A DNA stretch of 64,000 nucleotides, taken from contig NC_081401.1 in assembly GCF_030684315.1 (NCBI RefSeq), forward strand, positions 3,110,582-3,174,581. Direction: 5' to 3'. The position numbers and the translations under genes were made by a program. This document shows positions 60,410-64,000 of this stretch, one piece after another. The DNA comes from Stegostoma tigrinum (lineage: Eukaryota). The notes below the pieces were generated by a model. The model made no database searches. It was not told the origin of the DNA and saw only the letters and a program-made list of their open reading frames with translations. Position 1 is the first letter of the stretch. Each line of letters begins with the position of its first letter.

Positions 60410-60770
60410 CCTCGTGGAGGTAATAGCCTTTTGACAGCTGGACTGTTAATCCAGAAACCTCTGTAATGTTCTGAGGATCTGGGTTCGAATCCCGTCACGG
60501 CAGATGGTGGAATTTGAATCTAACAAATATCTGTGGAAGTTAAGAGTCTAACGATGACTGTGACTCCATCGCCAGTTGTCAGGAAAAGGAAAATCCATCT
60601 GGTTCACGAATGTCCTTTAGGGGAAGAAACTGCCATCCTTACCTGAACTGGCCTACATGTGACTCCAGATCTACAATAATGTGGTTGATTCATAACTGCC
60701 CTTTGGGCAATTAGGGATGGGCAATAAATGCTGGCCTAGCCAGCGATGTCCTCTTCCCATGGATGAACAA
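60410..60770 (+). mobile_element. Second tRNA-derived SINE family; reverse copy at ~49770-50105
   Basis: B box gggttcgaatccc. Tail gggcaattagggatgggcaataaatgctggcc resembles the LINE 3' end near 25.9 kb. Confidence 0.75.
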
Positions 60771-62269
60771 AGAGAGAAAAAAAAGAAATTTCTCCTCATC
60801 ACTGATTTCAATGGGCAAACTTTTATTGTGAAATGTCGTGGAAACGGAGTCATTCGTGACATTTAAGTGACTGCTGGACATGCACACGGACAGCAGTGAA
60901 TTGAGGGGAATGTAGGTTAGGTTATTTTAATTTTGTATTAGGATTATTCCATGGCACAACATCGTGGGCTGAAGGGCCTGTACTGTGCTGTACTTTTCTA
61001 TGTTCTATGATGCCTTCATCATAAACCCTCCCACGAGGGAAATAACCTCTCCACATCACCCCTGTCAAGCCCTTCTGTGAAGCCTGTAAGTTTCAATAAG
61101 GTCACCACTATTCTGAAACACAATCCCACCAAGGAACTATCTTTATCACCTTATATATCCTATTGACATGCTGCTGCCTGGAGACATCTTCAGTTAAACG
61201 TGCATTGCGATTGCAATTCCCTCCAGAGCCCCGCCCTCCCCCCATGCTGCACCAGAAAGATTTATCAGGGTATTGCTCTCCTCCAACGCTGGCCTCATGT
61301 GTGTTGCAGCAGTTTAACCAATCAACCATTGGTGGTATGAGCCATCAGCTGCACTGACTTAAAATTTTGGAATCCCCTGTCTACCTCTCTCTCATTCTGT
61401 CTCTCTCTGCATCGCTCTATCTCTTTCTTTGTCCTTCTGTTTATGACTTTTTCATTTTCTCTGTCTCTCTCCCTCTTTTTTTCTCTATCCCTATCCATAT
61501 CTGTCTCTCTCTGCGTCTCTCCATATCTCTGTTTCTCTATCACTATCTCTGTCAGTTTCTCCCTCTGTTTTACTATATCTATGTTGCTAGCTCTAGCGCT
61601 ATCCTGATCTCTCACATTCTCTGTCTCTCTCACTTTCTCTCCCTATGTCTCTCTTTCTCTGATGCTCGCTATCTCTGTCTCCCTGTCTTTATCTCGCTCT
61701 CTACCTATGTCTCTCTTTCTATCTTTCGTCTGTTTCTCTCTCTCTCTGCCTACCTGTCTCATCTCCTTTAAGACATTCCTTGATACAAAAACGTTTGAAG
61801 TCAGCTCTTGGTCTTATGTCAAATGGTTCCATGAGGTGCTGTGGGGCATTTCTTGACATCCCTGACTCAATATGAGCTGCCCCATTCTCCCAGAATTCTG
61901 GCCGCAATAGCTTTACATCACTCGGAGAACTTCACTCTCCAAAATGAAATGACCCCTGCCTGTGGTCATACTGGTAAATTAAGATTCAAGACTGAAATCT
62001 GGCTTGATAGGCCATAAGTGTTTCATTATTTTCTTTGGTTCACCACCGAGGCCTGTCAATGAACATATTCAGAAGAGGCTGCCAGTATACACTTAACAAA
62101 AGAACAGGGACGCTTTTTTACAAGCGAAAGAAAAGGCAAATCTTACACAGCACAAGATCTTTTGGGAAGGTGTTGTTTCAAAGATTAGAAACGAAGTTTC
62201 ATCCCTCTAACTGTAGCCATAACCTGATAGATTATAACATCTCGGTGAAGAGTTGCCCCTGCCTCCACA

Positions 62270-63900
62270 CTAAACAGCATAGAACAGTGCAGCACAGGAG
62301 CAGGCCCTTCAGCACACAATTTTGTGCTGAACATGATGGCAAATTAAACTAAGTTTTTCTGCCTACCCTTTCTCCAAATCCCTTCATTCCCTGCACATTT
62401 ATGGGCTTATCTAAAAGTATCTTAAACACACCTTTCAGATCAGGGCCCACCACCAACCCTAGCAGTGCATTCTATGGAAAATCACTAGTAACGGATCCCC
62501 AGCCTGAAAAACACCCTTAGACCACTCACCATTGTCTTCTATTGGCAAGCCAATTCTGAATCTGTGCAGCCAAGGCACCATGGATCCCACCCATCATGAC
62601 CCTACCGAGAGGAACCTTGCCAAAAGCCTTATTAAAATCTATGTGAACAAAGCCCATTGCTCTACCTTCATTGATCACATTTATCACCTCCTTGAAAAAT
62701 TCAATTTACTGAAGCATGACCTGTCCTGCACAAAACTGTGCTGATTATCCCTAATTAGGCCATGCTTTCCCAAATGTGTGCAAAACCTATCAGTAAGAAT
62801 TCTCACCGCTAGCTTCCCAAACACAGATGTGAGACTCACCTGTCTTTAGTTCCCTGGATTATCCCTATTTCCCATCTTGAACAGAGGAACAACATTAGCT
62901 CCTTGCCAATCCTCCAGGGCCTATGTTCTATGTTCTATGTTATACCTCTCCAGTGGCTAGCAAGGAAGCAGAGATCTTGCTCAATGTCCCAGCAATCTCG
63001 TCTCTTGCCTCTCTCAGTAACCTGTGTACATACCATCGGGTCCTTAATCACCTTAATGCTCTTCAAGAAATAAAACACCACTCCTTTCTTGATCTCAAAT
63101 TGCACCAGCATATTGGTGTGCTTGTCACAAATCTCACGACCATCCAGATCCTTCTCCTGGCTAAATACTGATGCAAAATAGAATTGTGCTCACATCCTCT
63201 GCCTCCAAGCACAATTTCTCTTTTTCATTCTTGAGTGCTCCTACTTTCTTCCTCATCATTCTCTTGTTTTTCATATATTTATCGAAAGTCTTGAGATTCT
63301 CTTTAGCCCTACTTGACAAGACCATTTCTTTCTCTCCTCCTTCCCTGCTTTAGTACTTTCTCACAGACCCTTTTATTTCTCACAGACCCTATCTGATTTT
63401 CACTTCCTAAACCTTACTTATGCTTTTCCCCCCCTTTTGACTAAATTCACAACCTCCTTTGTTATCTGACGGTCTGTTACCTTGCTATCCTTGACCTTCC
63501 TCCTGATAATAGAGGATTCAATGATGGTAACACCATTGAATATCAAGGGCCGACATTTAGATTCTCTCTCAGTGGCGACCCCCTGGCTGTTGATAATAGG
63601 GGATTCAGGAGTGGTTTATATTGTGTTGCATTGGAGATTGTTGATGCCTGACATCAATATGGCATGCATGGTATTTGCCAAGTTTCAGCCCAAGCCTGAG
63701 TGTTGTCCATATTTTGTTACATTTGAACATGGACTGCTTCAGTATATGAGGAGTAGCGAATGGTGCTGAACATGGTGACTATCTCTGCTCCTTACCTTAT
63801 GATGAGGGAAAGCCTTGGACAAAGCAGCTGGACACCACGCTAGGGAACTCCTACAGAGATGTCCTGGAAATGAGATGACTGACTTCAAACAAATGCAACC
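62270..63900 (-). mobile_element. CR1-type and other LINE fragments
   Basis: Reverse-strand DF.KAF.KVP and PGN.R.VSLTS-like motifs, plus a CR1 tail at ~62280. Confidence 0.75.
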
Positions 63901-64000
63901 AATACATTTGTGAACTTAATCAAAAAGGAAAAAAAAAGACATAAGTAAGGTTTCAGAAATTCAAGTCAGACAGAGCCCTTTGGAGAATACAAATATGTTA

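Overview
Eukaryotic, repeat-rich DNA, most likely from a shark (inferred from HE1-type tRNA-derived SINEs, CR1/HER1-type LINE fragments and shark-type NACHT and C2H2 genes). Main contents: (1) An intact three-exon IL-6-family cytokine gene on the minus strand (12766->7624, 205 aa) that most resembles cardiotrophin-2/neuropoietin. (2) Three decayed relatives of this gene in the same orientation, not evident as such in the ORF track: an exon-3 fragment at ~8.4 kb, a possibly intronless copy at ~18 kb, and a two-exon pseudogene at 20.7-25.1 kb. Together they look like a birth-and-death cardiotrophin array. (3) A segmental duplication of a CCAAT-promoter C2H2 zinc-finger locus, with an intact 475-aa copy at 52327-53754 and a frameshifted copy at ~29.6-30.4 kb. 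(4) A decayed NACHT (NLR) exon at 43.1-44.9 kb. (5) Many short Penelope-derived terminal-repeat insertions from several families that carry minimal type-I hammerhead ribozyme motifs; two have intact cores. (6) SINEs, LINE fragments, a solo LTR, minisatellites and one assembly gap. All homology calls were made by eye against family sequences recalled from memory; no searches were run. Repeat boundaries are approximate.
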